Below are positions 29,801 through 37,478 of a DNA stretch of 64,000 nt, in pieces; the first letter of the stretch is position 1; each line of letters begins with the position of its first letter. Source of the DNA: Fibrobacterales bacterium (GTDB taxonomy: Bacteria > Fibrobacterota > Fibrobacteria > Fibrobacterales > JAOPTW01); NCBI GenBank assembly GCA_051532035.1, contig JAOPTW010000015.1, positions 1 to 64,000 on the forward strand. Direction: 5' to 3'. Made by a program: the position numbers and the translations under genes. Under the pieces are notes generated by a model. The model had not been told where the DNA came from and made no database searches. It saw nothing but the letters and a program-made list of their open reading frames with translations.

Positions 29801-31365
29801 CAGACCTTACAGCACCAGAAATTCCAACAATCGAAAACATTACTGTTGAAGCAACTGCTGCCGAAACAGAAGTTGTTGTTGATGAAGTTGTTGCTCTCGA
29901 CCTTGTTAACGGTGAAGTCGCAGTGTCACACGATGCACCTACAACATACCCTGTTGGCGAAACAGTTGTTACCTATACTACAAGTGATGCTCAATCTAAT
30001 GTGTCGACTCTAACAATTATTGTAACGGTAACAGATAACACTATTCCTGATGTAACTGCTCCTTCAAATATTATTGTAGAAGCGACTGCTGCAGGAACTC
30101 CAGTTACCTTAGATGATGCTTCTGCACTTGACTTAGTTGACGGCTTTCTAGCCCCTTCTAACGATGCACCTGCAGCATTCTCAGTCGGCATTACCACTGT
30201 CACCTATTCATCTACGGATGCTGCAGGGAACACTGGTAGTGCAACAATGACTGTTACAGTAACAGACAACACTGAGCCTGATCTTACTGTTCCAGATGAT
30301 ATTACCGCTAAGCCTGAAGGCTTTATGACTTCTGTTGTCATTCCTACCAGTTTGGCTTTTGATCTTGTTGATGGCAAATTAGAGCCTTCTAATGACGCAC
30401 CTTCAGAGTTCCCTCTTGGTACTACAGTAGTAACCTATACTGTTACTGATATAAACAACAATACAGCGACCAAAACTATAAATGTTAATGTTGAATTCTC
30501 GGGACTTTATGAAATTCAGAATACTAATAGTGAGCGTTGTATTGAAGTGTATAAAGCTGAAAAATACAATGGCTCAAATGTTTCACAATTTTACTGTAAT
30601 AATACATTTGCACAGAGATGGGACATAAGCCATATCGGTAATGGCATTTATACTTTGAAAAACTTAAATGCAAATAAATTCCTCGACGTTCAAGATGCGG
30701 GATTAAATGAGAATGTTCAAATTTGGGGATCAAAAACTACTGGGCCTTCACAGCAATGGAGAATCACTCTTGATGCAAGTGGTATTGCACACTTAAACCC
30801 TACATCTGACCTTAATGAGTGTCTCGATGTTCAAGGTGCATCCACTGACGATAATAGAAATGTTATTTCATATACGTGTAACGGTACCGCTGCCCAAGAC
30901 TTTATTCTTACTGATGTGAACTACAAACCAACACACCTCTCAGGCATATTCGAAATCAGAAATGATGTGAGTAATAAATGTATCGATGTGTCTGCTGCAT
31001 CAACTGATTACGGCGCCAATGTTCAGCAATGGGAGTGTAACTTTACTGGTGCTCAGATGTGGGAATTCAAACATATCGAAGGTGAATGGTATGAACTTAT
31101 AAACTTTAATTCTGGACTATTACTAGATGTTTCATGGGGTGGTTCTAATGAGAATGTACAACAGTGGGGTGACGTAAATAGTTCTAGCCAGCGCTGGAAA
31201 ATTGTAGAGTCAGGGAATGGTACTTACAACCTAAAACCTAAATCTGATGGCAATGAATGTTTAGACGTCCAAGGACAAGCAGAATGGTCTGGCGCCAATA
31301 TTATATCAGTACAATGTAATGGAACTGGAGCACAACGCTTTCAACTCATTGACTTAGATTACTAG
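26836..31365 (+). CDS. Large secreted modular protein: beta-propeller (LVIVD-like), Ig/PKD, nine HYR-like repeats, two ricin-B (CBM13) lectin domains
   Basis: Signal peptide; YTYVAD..GIINVISV and YVFIAD blades; SSDPE..LNYKW PKD; nine D.TAP...F.VG.T.VTY.ATD.AGN units; two trefoils with QxW and paired Cys. Confidence 0.88.
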   Translation: MKIFRGLFKATLLILLLSVFSYAELIETGRTTIPGLSNNRNFIVSNGNYTYVADKENGIINVISVINKNTPALVSSIDVGNVIFDMDIHNGMLYLVVANSGVLIYEPFGSSITLIHTLHKSNVSINALHIAGNYLYYKSGAYLDIHYIGNGNKTSIENIQPSPSVSPNFYYRNNSTIRSFTVSKDGRYVFIADYSNRITSLLNTFTSLVPRQTYSSTADNIETDDNGQFLSTVEYNGGWKLFTIYSLSNGYFMQRKYQSSIASVGTSVFDSQNNNLYVNNHYTNGKGIFEYSLSNPYSPTLTAQETIETTQFGGLTFNNNYLYVTTAANEFIVYATGDYIGPTVTINAATLRHGISNGSVSITADESQTGGSAIKAIYYNVDGSSYAGLGYNDGAISQTMIKSESRILSLGNHTLCAKANDYNNNFSAPTCITVTLSNSAPIAQANHDILSAINAQCEASVLLNGNQSSDPENQSLNYKWSGAFGELTYNSTNIALNAGQYNATLTVTDYYGATSSAITTINLVDGIAPTMTALPSVPAVEATSSNGAEVTLSLPTVADNCTSGITATRAPTGSQFPLGNTTVTYSAVDAAGNNVSATTTVTVHDTKAPVIPAIENIIKEATAAQTPVSVLAINASDIVDGTVATTNNASATFAVGSHTVTYSVTDKASNTASKEIVVTITDKTAPVITGTSDVSSNASAAQTVVILPAVTASDLVDGTVIVTNNAPATFSVGTTIVTYSTTDAAGNTATATLTVTVTDKTAPVISGNADVSVDADLEQTTVSLPTVTALDNVDGAVIVSNDAPVTFTVGTTIITYSATDHAGNTATVTLAVTVTDKTAPVISGNADVSVDADLELTTVTLPTVTALDNVDGAVIVSNDAPVTFTVGTTIVTYSATDAARNTTTATLTVTVTDVTAPVINALESITLEATGPETSVEMLVVTAKDNVDGSIVTSNNAPNVFTLGSHIVTFSAIDAAGNISEATMTVTITDLTAPEIPTIENITVEATAAETEVVVDEVVALDLVNGEVAVSHDAPTTYPVGETVVTYTTSDAQSNVSTLTIIVTVTDNTIPDVTAPSNIIVEATAAGTPVTLDDASALDLVDGFLAPSNDAPAAFSVGITTVTYSSTDAAGNTGSATMTVTVTDNTEPDLTVPDDITAKPEGFMTSVVIPTSLAFDLVDGKLEPSNDAPSEFPLGTTVVTYTVTDINNNTATKTINVNVEFSGLYEIQNTNSERCIEVYKAEKYNGSNVSQFYCNNTFAQRWDISHIGNGIYTLKNLNANKFLDVQDAGLNENVQIWGSKTTGPSQQWRITLDASGIAHLNPTSDLNECLDVQGASTDDNRNVISYTCNGTAAQDFILTDVNYKPTHLSGIFEIRNDVSNKCIDVSAASTDYGANVQQWECNFTGAQMWEFKHIEGEWYELINFNSGLLLDVSWGGSNENVQQWGDVNSSSQRWKIVESGNGTYNLKPKSDGNECLDVQGQAEWSGANIISVQCNGTGAQRFQLIDLDY
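29104..29565 (+). repeat. Near-identical 231-bp tandem duplication (HYR units 4 and 5)
   Basis: GTGACTGA(C/T)AAGACTGC... starts at both 29104 and 29335, with long identical DNA runs. Confidence 0.9.
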
Positions 31366-31390
31366 AAATTAAACATCTTTCTATAATATC

Positions 31391-31425
31391 AAAGGGCCCC
31401 TTCAATAATGAAGGGGCCCTTTTTT
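31391..31425. terminator. Intrinsic terminator between convergent genes
   Basis: AAAGGGCCCCTTCA-ATAA-TGAAGGGGCCCTTTTTT. Confidence 0.88.
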
Positions 31426-31458
31426 AATAACAATTCTAATTAATATTTCTCTAATATT

Positions 31459-32178
31459 TTAAGTAATATATTCCAACTTGGAACCAATAGTTAGATGCCA
31501 ATCACCTTTCTTTTCCGTAACTGAAATTTTATAGGGAAGAACCTCAACCCCCACACTCTGTACCACCTTAGCTGCATCAGCATATGCAGGGTCAATTTCT
31601 TTTGCAATACCATACGCAATTGCATCTGTTCTATTTACCAAATAGAACATGACACCTCTATTCCCCTTCTTAACTTCGCGCTCTAATTCATGAAGATGTT
31701 TTAGTCCTCGACTCGTTACAGAATCTGGGAATTTTGCCACTCCACTATCCTCATTATGAAGATAAGTCACATTTTTAACTTCAACATATGCTTTGGTATC
31801 TGCGTATTCTAGGAGTATATCGATACGTGAATTTTCTTCACCATACTTAACCTCAGTTTTAATAGCCCTATACCCAGAGAGCTCTGGTATTATACCATCC
31901 TCTATTGCCTCTTTAACAAGATGGTTTGGGAGTTGCGTATTTACGCACACTATTGCACCATGAGAGAGTTCCAGCAAATACAATGTATACTTTAACTTTC
32001 TTTTGGGATCATTATTGGGCAATAAGTAGGCAATGATAGACCCATCTAAAAGGGTTTTCATACTACCCGTATTAGGGCAATGTGCAACAACAGTTTCACC
32101 GGTTTCCAAAGCCACATCGACAAAAAATCGTTTATAGCGCTTTAACAATGTCCCTTTTATAAGGCCCTTAATTATCAT
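31459..32178 (-). CDS. sfsA: DNA/RNA nuclease SfsA
   Basis: KRYKRF, AHCPNTGSM, SRIDILL, YVEVKNVT, FPDSVTSRGLKHLHEL. Confidence 0.95.
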   Translation of the reverse strand: MIIKGLIKGTLLKRYKRFFVDVALETGETVVAHCPNTGSMKTLLDGSIIAYLLPNNDPKRKLKYTLYLLELSHGAIVCVNTQLPNHLVKEAIEDGIIPELSGYRAIKTEVKYGEENSRIDILLEYADTKAYVEVKNVTYLHNEDSGVAKFPDSVTSRGLKHLHELEREVKKGNRGVMFYLVNRTDAIAYGIAKEIDPAYADAAKVVQSVGVEVLPYKISVTEKKGDWHLTIGSKLEYIT

Positions 32179-32179
32179 C

Positions 32180-32947
32180 TTACTCTTTCGAATACTTGGT
32201 CATTTCAACTGCAATTGATCCGACAAGAATTTTTGATTTAACCAATACCGGTATTTTTTTATCATCATTGGTTAGCCAAATGGTAAGTTTTCCTTTTGCT
32301 TCAAAAAGCCCATCCTCATCAAGTATGGGCTCTACAACAATACAATCAAATTCACCCGCTTCAACTTCGACTGTTTCATACCGATGGGCTATTACCTTAA
32401 GCTTATACTCTTTCTTTCCAGAGATTGCATTAAACTTATACTCATTACCTGGCTCTAGGTCTAATGTTCTAAACAGATAAAATGCAGATGTTATGGTATG
32501 ACTTAAGGTATCAAGAGTGACAACAGTATCTGTATATCGTTTAACAGTCAAGAGATTATCATCTTTATCAAATACTGTATCTGCTAAATGAGCGGAAAGA
32601 GACTCTAAGTCTTGTTGGATATGTACATGGTTATGCCAAGAACCCTCATTATTAATTTTTTTAAATGTTGAAGGTATGAGGTCACTCTTACGAGCCTGAG
32701 TCAAAATTGTATCCTGTACAGGATACACGGCTTCAAAAAAACCATTATTCCATGCTAATGCTTTGAAAATCAGTCCGGTACTATCTTGAGGATCCTGCAA
32801 CACTTCCATAGTTGCATTTCCTGCAGTAATAAACCCATAGTTTATCTCATAGGTAATTTTTTCTCCTACATGAAATGGTAAGAGTATTTTCTTTTGAGAG
32901 AAAAGGGAGGTACTAATTAAAAAAATAAAGAGTAATAAGTATTTCAC
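32180..32947 (-). CDS. DUF3108-like secreted protein
   Basis: Signal peptide; PFHVGEKITY..YGFITAG; EVEAGEFDCIVVEP; IWLTNDDKKIPVLVKSKILVGSI. Confidence 0.8.
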   Translation of the reverse strand: MKYLLLFIFLISTSLFSQKKILLPFHVGEKITYEINYGFITAGNATMEVLQDPQDSTGLIFKALAWNNGFFEAVYPVQDTILTQARKSDLIPSTFKKINNEGSWHNHVHIQQDLESLSAHLADTVFDKDDNLLTVKRYTDTVVTLDTLSHTITSAFYLFRTLDLEPGNEYKFNAISGKKEYKLKVIAHRYETVEVEAGEFDCIVVEPILDEDGLFEAKGKLTIWLTNDDKKIPVLVKSKILVGSIAVEMTKYSKE

Positions 32948-33002
32948 ATGAAACCTCAGATTGAAGTATAAAAAAAATACAAAATTGATAGACCTTAAGT
33001 AG

Positions 33003-33599
33003 TTAAATAAACGTTTCTAACTTACCTGCACCCTGTCTAAGAACTTTCCATTCTCCATCTACGTAATCAATAAGTGTCGAAGGGTTTGATATAGGGTATT
33101 CATCCAAAAGTACCATCTGATCAACCTGTTCGCTCCATAACTCGGCCTGAACCACTGCATCATGTACATAGGGTTCTCCTGTTATGTTGGCACTTGTTGA
33201 TAATAAAAACCCATTCCATTTAGAAAAGAGAGAAGAAAGAAATTGAGATTCACCGAACCGTACACCAATTTTACCCGTTGGGCCAACAAGATGATCCAAG
33301 CGTTTGTCCTTTGAAGGAAGTAACAAGGTAAAAGGTCCAGGCCAGATTTTACTAATCAAATCAAGTTGATCATGAGTTAAATCAAAATAGATAGACAATA
33401 TATCAGGGTCCCCTATGAGTATTAAAAAAGGATTATTAGCCGGTCTATTTTTAAAATCATAAATCTTCGATACCGCTTGGCTATTCAATGCATCGCATCC
33501 TAGGCCATAAATAGTATCTGACGGGTAGAGAAGTGTTCCCCCACCATTAAGGTGGGAGATACATTCATCAATTTGTTCAACGGAAATAGCTGAGGTCAA
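33003..33599 (-). CDS. tsaC: L-threonylcarbamoyladenylate synthase (YrdC/Sua5)
   Basis: YPSDTIYGLGCDA, KNRP..NP, WPGPFT, LSTSANITG. Confidence 0.92.
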   Translation of the reverse strand: MTSAISVEQIDECISHLNGGGTLLYPSDTIYGLGCDALNSQAVSKIYDFKNRPANNPFLILIGDPDILSIYFDLTHDQLDLISKIWPGPFTLLLPSKDKRLDHLVGPTGKIGVRFGESQFLSSLFSKWNGFLLSTSANITGEPYVHDAVVQAELWSEQVDQMVLLDEYPISNPSTLIDYVDGEWKVLRQGAGKLETFI

Positions 33600-34070
33600 T
33601 TAGATATCTCCTAAACTGACACGATACTCTTCTAGTTTTATTGCTAAGGTTTCATCACCAAGCGCAAGGATTGATAATGCGAGATAGCCTGCATTTTTTC
33701 CATTACCAATACCAACAGTCGCTACAGGAATCCCTGGAGGCATCTGTACTATTGAGTGTAACGCATCAACACCTTTCAAAGGCCCGCCATCACCTGGAAC
33801 TCCAATAACAGGAAGAGTTGTATGCCCTGCAAGCACTCCTGGAAGTGCTGCCGCAAGTCCGGCTACTCCGATCAATATTTTAACACCTCGGCCTTTTGCC
33901 TCTTTAGCATATTTACATGCCTTGTTTGGAGTACGATGAGCACTTAAAACATTATACTCCCATACTATGCCAAACTCATCAAATACTGATGTGATTTTCT
34001 CAATAATAGGTTTATCTGAGGTCGACCCAGAAACTATCCCTACTTGCACGTTATCAGTTAATTCAAACAT
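33600..34070 (-). CDS. purE: N5-CAIR mutase
   Basis: GSTSD, SAHRTP, AGLAAALPG, SIVQMPPGIPVATVGI. Confidence 0.96.
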   Translation of the reverse strand: MFELTDNVQVGIVSGSTSDKPIIEKITSVFDEFGIVWEYNVLSAHRTPNKACKYAKEAKGRGVKILIGVAGLAAALPGVLAGHTTLPVIGVPGDGGPLKGVDALHSIVQMPPGIPVATVGIGNGKNAGYLALSILALGDETLAIKLEEYRVSLGDI

Positions 34071-34071
34071 A

Positions 34072-35361
34072 TTATACTCCTTGTATTCGTTTTAAACCTT
34101 TTTGACCAATATCTTTTCTATAAAAAACATCATCAAATGACACCTTAGATGCGCCTTCATACGCTCTATCAATTGCTTCTTTAAGTGTATCACCTTTACC
34201 CATCATTCCTAATACACGACCACCCGCAGAAACAATATCATCACCAACCTGTTTAGTGCCCGCATGGATACAATACATTGTTTCATCACGAACTAAATCG
34301 AGCCCTTGGATAACTTTTCCTTTTTCATAGCCCCCTGGATACCCACCTGAAGCGAGTACAATAACTGCAGCAGAACCTTTGTTTTCTTTTACTTCAATAT
34401 CTGAGACATTACCACAGGTAACAGCATGGAGTAGTTCAAGAAGATCACCATCATAGAGTGGTAAAATCACCTGAGCTTCAGGATCACCAAAACGGACATT
34501 GTACTCAACAACTTTTGGTCCTTGTGGTGTTACCATTATCCCAACGTATAAAACTCCAACATAAGGACATCCTTCAGTAACCATACCATAAAGCGTTGGC
34601 TCAATAATGGTCTCTTTTACTTCGGCTAACAATTCTTCAGTAACAATAGGTGCCGGTGAATAAGCGCCCATCCCCCCGGTATTCGGTCCTTCATCATTGT
34701 CAAAAATTCGTTTGTGATCTTGTGCAGTAGAAAGAACCACATAATCAGTTCCATTACAGATTGCAAAAATTGAGGCTTCTTCACCAGTCATAAACTCTTC
34801 TATGACTACCTCTTTACCCGAGTCACCAAACACTGCTTTTTCACCAAGCATATCGGTAACAGCATCAAGTGCCTCTTGTTCGGTCATACAAACAATAGCG
34901 CCTTTGCCTGCGGCAAGCCCTGAAGCCTTGACAACAATAGGAGCACCCATTGCTTTAATATATCCCACTGCTTTATCAAGCTCAGTAAATTTTTTGTATG
35001 CAGCAGTTGGTACAGCGTACTTTTTCATCACATCTTTAGAAAATGCTTTAGATCCTTCTAATCGAGCCGCAGCTTCAGAGGGACCAAAAATAAGAAGATC
35101 TTTAGCTTCAAATGCATCTACAATCCCAGCACAAAGAGGTATTTCTGGGCCTACAATGGTAAAGTCTATGTCTTTTGCTTCTGCAAAAGCGACAAGCCCA
35201 TCAATATCTTCTACCCCAAGATCGACACATATTCCCAATTCAGAGATCCCTGGGTTACCTGGTGCCGCGTATAATGCGTTACATTGATCAGATTTTGAAA
35301 CTTCTTTGGCAATGGCGTGTTCTCTTCCGCCACCTCCGATAATTAATACGTTCATAGACAC
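34072..35361 (-). CDS. purD: Phosphoribosylamine-glycine ligase (start may be the ATG at 35355)
   Basis: IGGGGREHA, LEGSKAFSK, KASGLAAGKG, QDHKR...GPNTGGMGAYSP, EYNVRFGDPE. Confidence 0.97.
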   Translation of the reverse strand: MSMNVLIIGGGGREHAIAKEVSKSDQCNALYAAPGNPGISELGICVDLGVEDIDGLVAFAEAKDIDFTIVGPEIPLCAGIVDAFEAKDLLIFGPSEAAARLEGSKAFSKDVMKKYAVPTAAYKKFTELDKAVGYIKAMGAPIVVKASGLAAGKGAIVCMTEQEALDAVTDMLGEKAVFGDSGKEVVIEEFMTGEEASIFAICNGTDYVVLSTAQDHKRIFDNDEGPNTGGMGAYSPAPIVTEELLAEVKETIIEPTLYGMVTEGCPYVGVLYVGIMVTPQGPKVVEYNVRFGDPEAQVILPLYDGDLLELLHAVTCGNVSDIEVKENKGSAAVIVLASGGYPGGYEKGKVIQGLDLVRDETMYCIHAGTKQVGDDIVSAGGRVLGMMGKGDTLKEAIDRAYEGASKVSFDDVFYRKDIGQKGLKRIQGV

Positions 35362-35521
35362 CTAAGGTGATATTTACAAGATGCACCAAATATACCATTT
35401 TTTAGGTTTTTTTTACACACTCAAGAGTAGATTTACCTCTCATATATTCCGTAATTTCACTGACCTGTAATTTCCAACATCTTATGATTAGAATTAGATT
35501 ACTTTATTTAGAGGAGGAAAG

Positions 35522-36574
35522 ATGCACTATATTGTAAGAATTTTAGGAGTGAGAGACAAAAACACTCTACAGGAGATGGTTCAAATTATCCTCAGAGAAA
35601 AAAGCCTCACTATAGAGAAGATTATCGCAGGGTTAAAATCACTCCCCTTGGACATTCCATTGGAAACAAGCCCCGAATACATAGTAAAATTTAAAAATAG
35701 GCTTATGGCCTTGAGTGTTGATCTTAAGGTAATCATTCAAGAGACAAATATGCCTGACTCTGAGGTCACCTTTGAAAAAAATACTGATAGCAATGAACCA
35801 ACTGACGGTTACTCATCAAATCTAACCACATCAGAACCCAAGATCGCCAGCACTAGCCATTCCGACCAACTCATTGAAACAGTTTCAACATCCAAGCCGT
35901 ACAAATCTTTACACAAAGGTACAACAACCGTCCCAACAACTACAATGCCTATAAAAAAACCGCTATCCTTACAACGCCAAGTGCTCTTTTTGATACTATT
36001 TATTGCCCCGCTCATTATCCTCTTTTTCATTTACACTGATGAAGAGCCCACCCCTAAAGGAGTCCATGTCCCAAGCCCAACAAAAGTTGTTGCTACCTCT
36101 ATGGCCCCTATTGAGGGAATACAAAAGGCTGATGAACTGTATAAAAAAGCCATAAACGAACCAAGCCCTCATAAAGTAGTGCTGTTACTCACCGAAGCCT
36201 TGGAAGAGAATCCATATAATGACAGCGCATGGGACATAATCATAGCCGCCTATGAAAAAAATGGTGACTATGGCTATGCAAAAAAAGCACGCGAAAAAAA
36301 ATTAAAGCAATCAACCTCAGTCAAAAAGGCTATCCAAGCTATTGCAATCGAGTTTAATCGCAGAAATACCCGTTTCACCATAAACCCTAACCAAATCACA
36401 ATGGACCTATCCCACATACGCTCACTCAGGCTCTTAGAAGGTCGTGCCGAAGAAATCTATCACCTCCTTAAAGAACAGCACCCTAATAAAGAAATCACCT
36501 TCATAAACACCCCCCTAAAGAAAGAAATCACCTTCCCAAACGGCATTCCCCAAATAACCCCCTACCATAATTAG
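35522..36574 (+). CDS. Hypothetical single-pass membrane protein with a TPR-like periplasmic part
   Basis: GAGGAGG RBS; Ser/Thr linker; TM VLFLILFIAPLIILFFIY; ALEENPYNDSAW...AYEKNGDY TPR-like helices. Confidence 0.7.
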   Translation: MHYIVRILGVRDKNTLQEMVQIILREKSLTIEKIIAGLKSLPLDIPLETSPEYIVKFKNRLMALSVDLKVIIQETNMPDSEVTFEKNTDSNEPTDGYSSNLTTSEPKIASTSHSDQLIETVSTSKPYKSLHKGTTTVPTTTMPIKKPLSLQRQVLFLILFIAPLIILFFIYTDEEPTPKGVHVPSPTKVVATSMAPIEGIQKADELYKKAINEPSPHKVVLLLTEALEENPYNDSAWDIIIAAYEKNGDYGYAKKAREKKLKQSTSVKKAIQAIAIEFNRRNTRFTINPNQITMDLSHIRSLRLLEGRAEEIYHLLKEQHPNKEITFINTPLKKEITFPNGIPQITPYHN

Positions 36575-36602
36575 CAATGTAAGAAGCAACACACTACCAT
36601 AG

Positions 36603-36685
36603 CAACATTGGTTTGAAAAGCAAACCGAGCAAAGTAAAACCTAATATTTTACCCCAACAACAATGACTTGCAAAGCAAGCCGAGC
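36603..36685. repeat. Pair of 28-nt palindromic direct repeats
   Basis: CAACATTGGTTTGAAAAGCAAACCGAGC (36603) and CAACAATGACTTGCAAAGCAAGCCGAGC (36658), 23/28 identical. Confidence 0.6.
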
Positions 36686-36695
36686 GCACAAATCT

Positions 36696-36793
36696 ATCCA
36701 TTTATGTCTGTAGATGTAAGGCATTGAAGTTGACTACGTACAAATGGTACGCTGAGAGTTCAAAAACGAAGCAGATACATGCTTAAAATGGAT
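36696..36793. repeat. ~98-nt nested inverted-repeat element (ERIC/MITE-like), copy 2
   Basis: Terminal IR ATCCATTT/AAATGGAT; central CGTAC-AAATG-GTACG; colinear with 23461-23566. Confidence 0.6.
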
Positions 36794-37404
36794 TAATCAA
36801 CTTCTTCAGCAGATACGCCGATCATCGGCAGTCCAATTTTGCATGCAGTATTATTACTGTCACATGCAGGGGTAACCCGAAGTGTAACAATAGCATTTTG
36901 ACGCTTAACCACAAACTCCATCATTTTCCCTTGAGATTCCTTTACTGGAGTTATGATATCAAGAAATGAAGTTACGGGTTTTTTATTTACATTCAAAATA
37001 ACATCTTTTGTGAGAAATCCTGCCCTTCGTGCTGGAGAGCCTGGAGGTGGAGTTTCTTCCACGAGTATCATCATAAGATATGGAGAGATACCAGTGGTAC
37101 CTATCCCTTGACCAGTATTTTTTCTAGGAACCAGATTTGTCGAAACAGTATCGAGGCCCCTTTTAATTTTTATGAAAAGTGGTTTATCAAGATTCATTTC
37201 TGCGAGTTGATTAAAGACATTCCAACTTTCAGGGTTTTCATCATTAACTGAAATTATGATATCACCTATTTCTACACCAGCTGAGGCACCAGGAGAGTTT
37301 TGTTCTACAACCCCAACAATAAGTATGGCATATTCTTTATTCTCACAGCCAATGCACAAAAGCGTTATACACGCAATCCAAATAAACCTAGACATAAAAC
37401 TCAC
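36793..37404 (-). CDS. Tandem-PDZ lipoprotein paralogous to the RseP periplasmic region (start may be the ATG at 37395)
   Basis: Lipobox LCIG-C; two PDZ domains (SPGASAGVEIGDIIISVN; SPARRAGFLTKDVILNVN). Confidence 0.82.
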   Translation of the reverse strand: MSFMSRFIWIACITLLCIGCENKEYAILIVGVVEQNSPGASAGVEIGDIIISVNDENPESWNVFNQLAEMNLDKPLFIKIKRGLDTVSTNLVPRKNTGQGIGTTGISPYLMMILVEETPPPGSPARRAGFLTKDVILNVNKKPVTSFLDIITPVKESQGKMMEFVVKRQNAIVTLRVTPACDSNNTACKIGLPMIGVSAEEVD

Positions 37405-37478
37405 ACAATATAATGTTACTCATTATCCGAAAAATAACAGTTAATTACAATAAAAATGGTTTTTTCTAGTATGTAAGC

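Noticed and set aside
28365..29840. 491-aa antisense ORF
   Set aside because: Shadow of the Thr/Val/Ala-rich HYR repeats on the opposite strand; it mirrors their periodicity and has no independent motif.
36488..36535. 15-nt direct repeat AAAGAAATCACCTTC (KEITF twice)
   Set aside because: Small in-frame duplication at a protein C-terminus, with no flanking mobile-element features.
36603..36685. CRISPR array
   Set aside because: Only two imperfect repeats, and no cas genes or leader.
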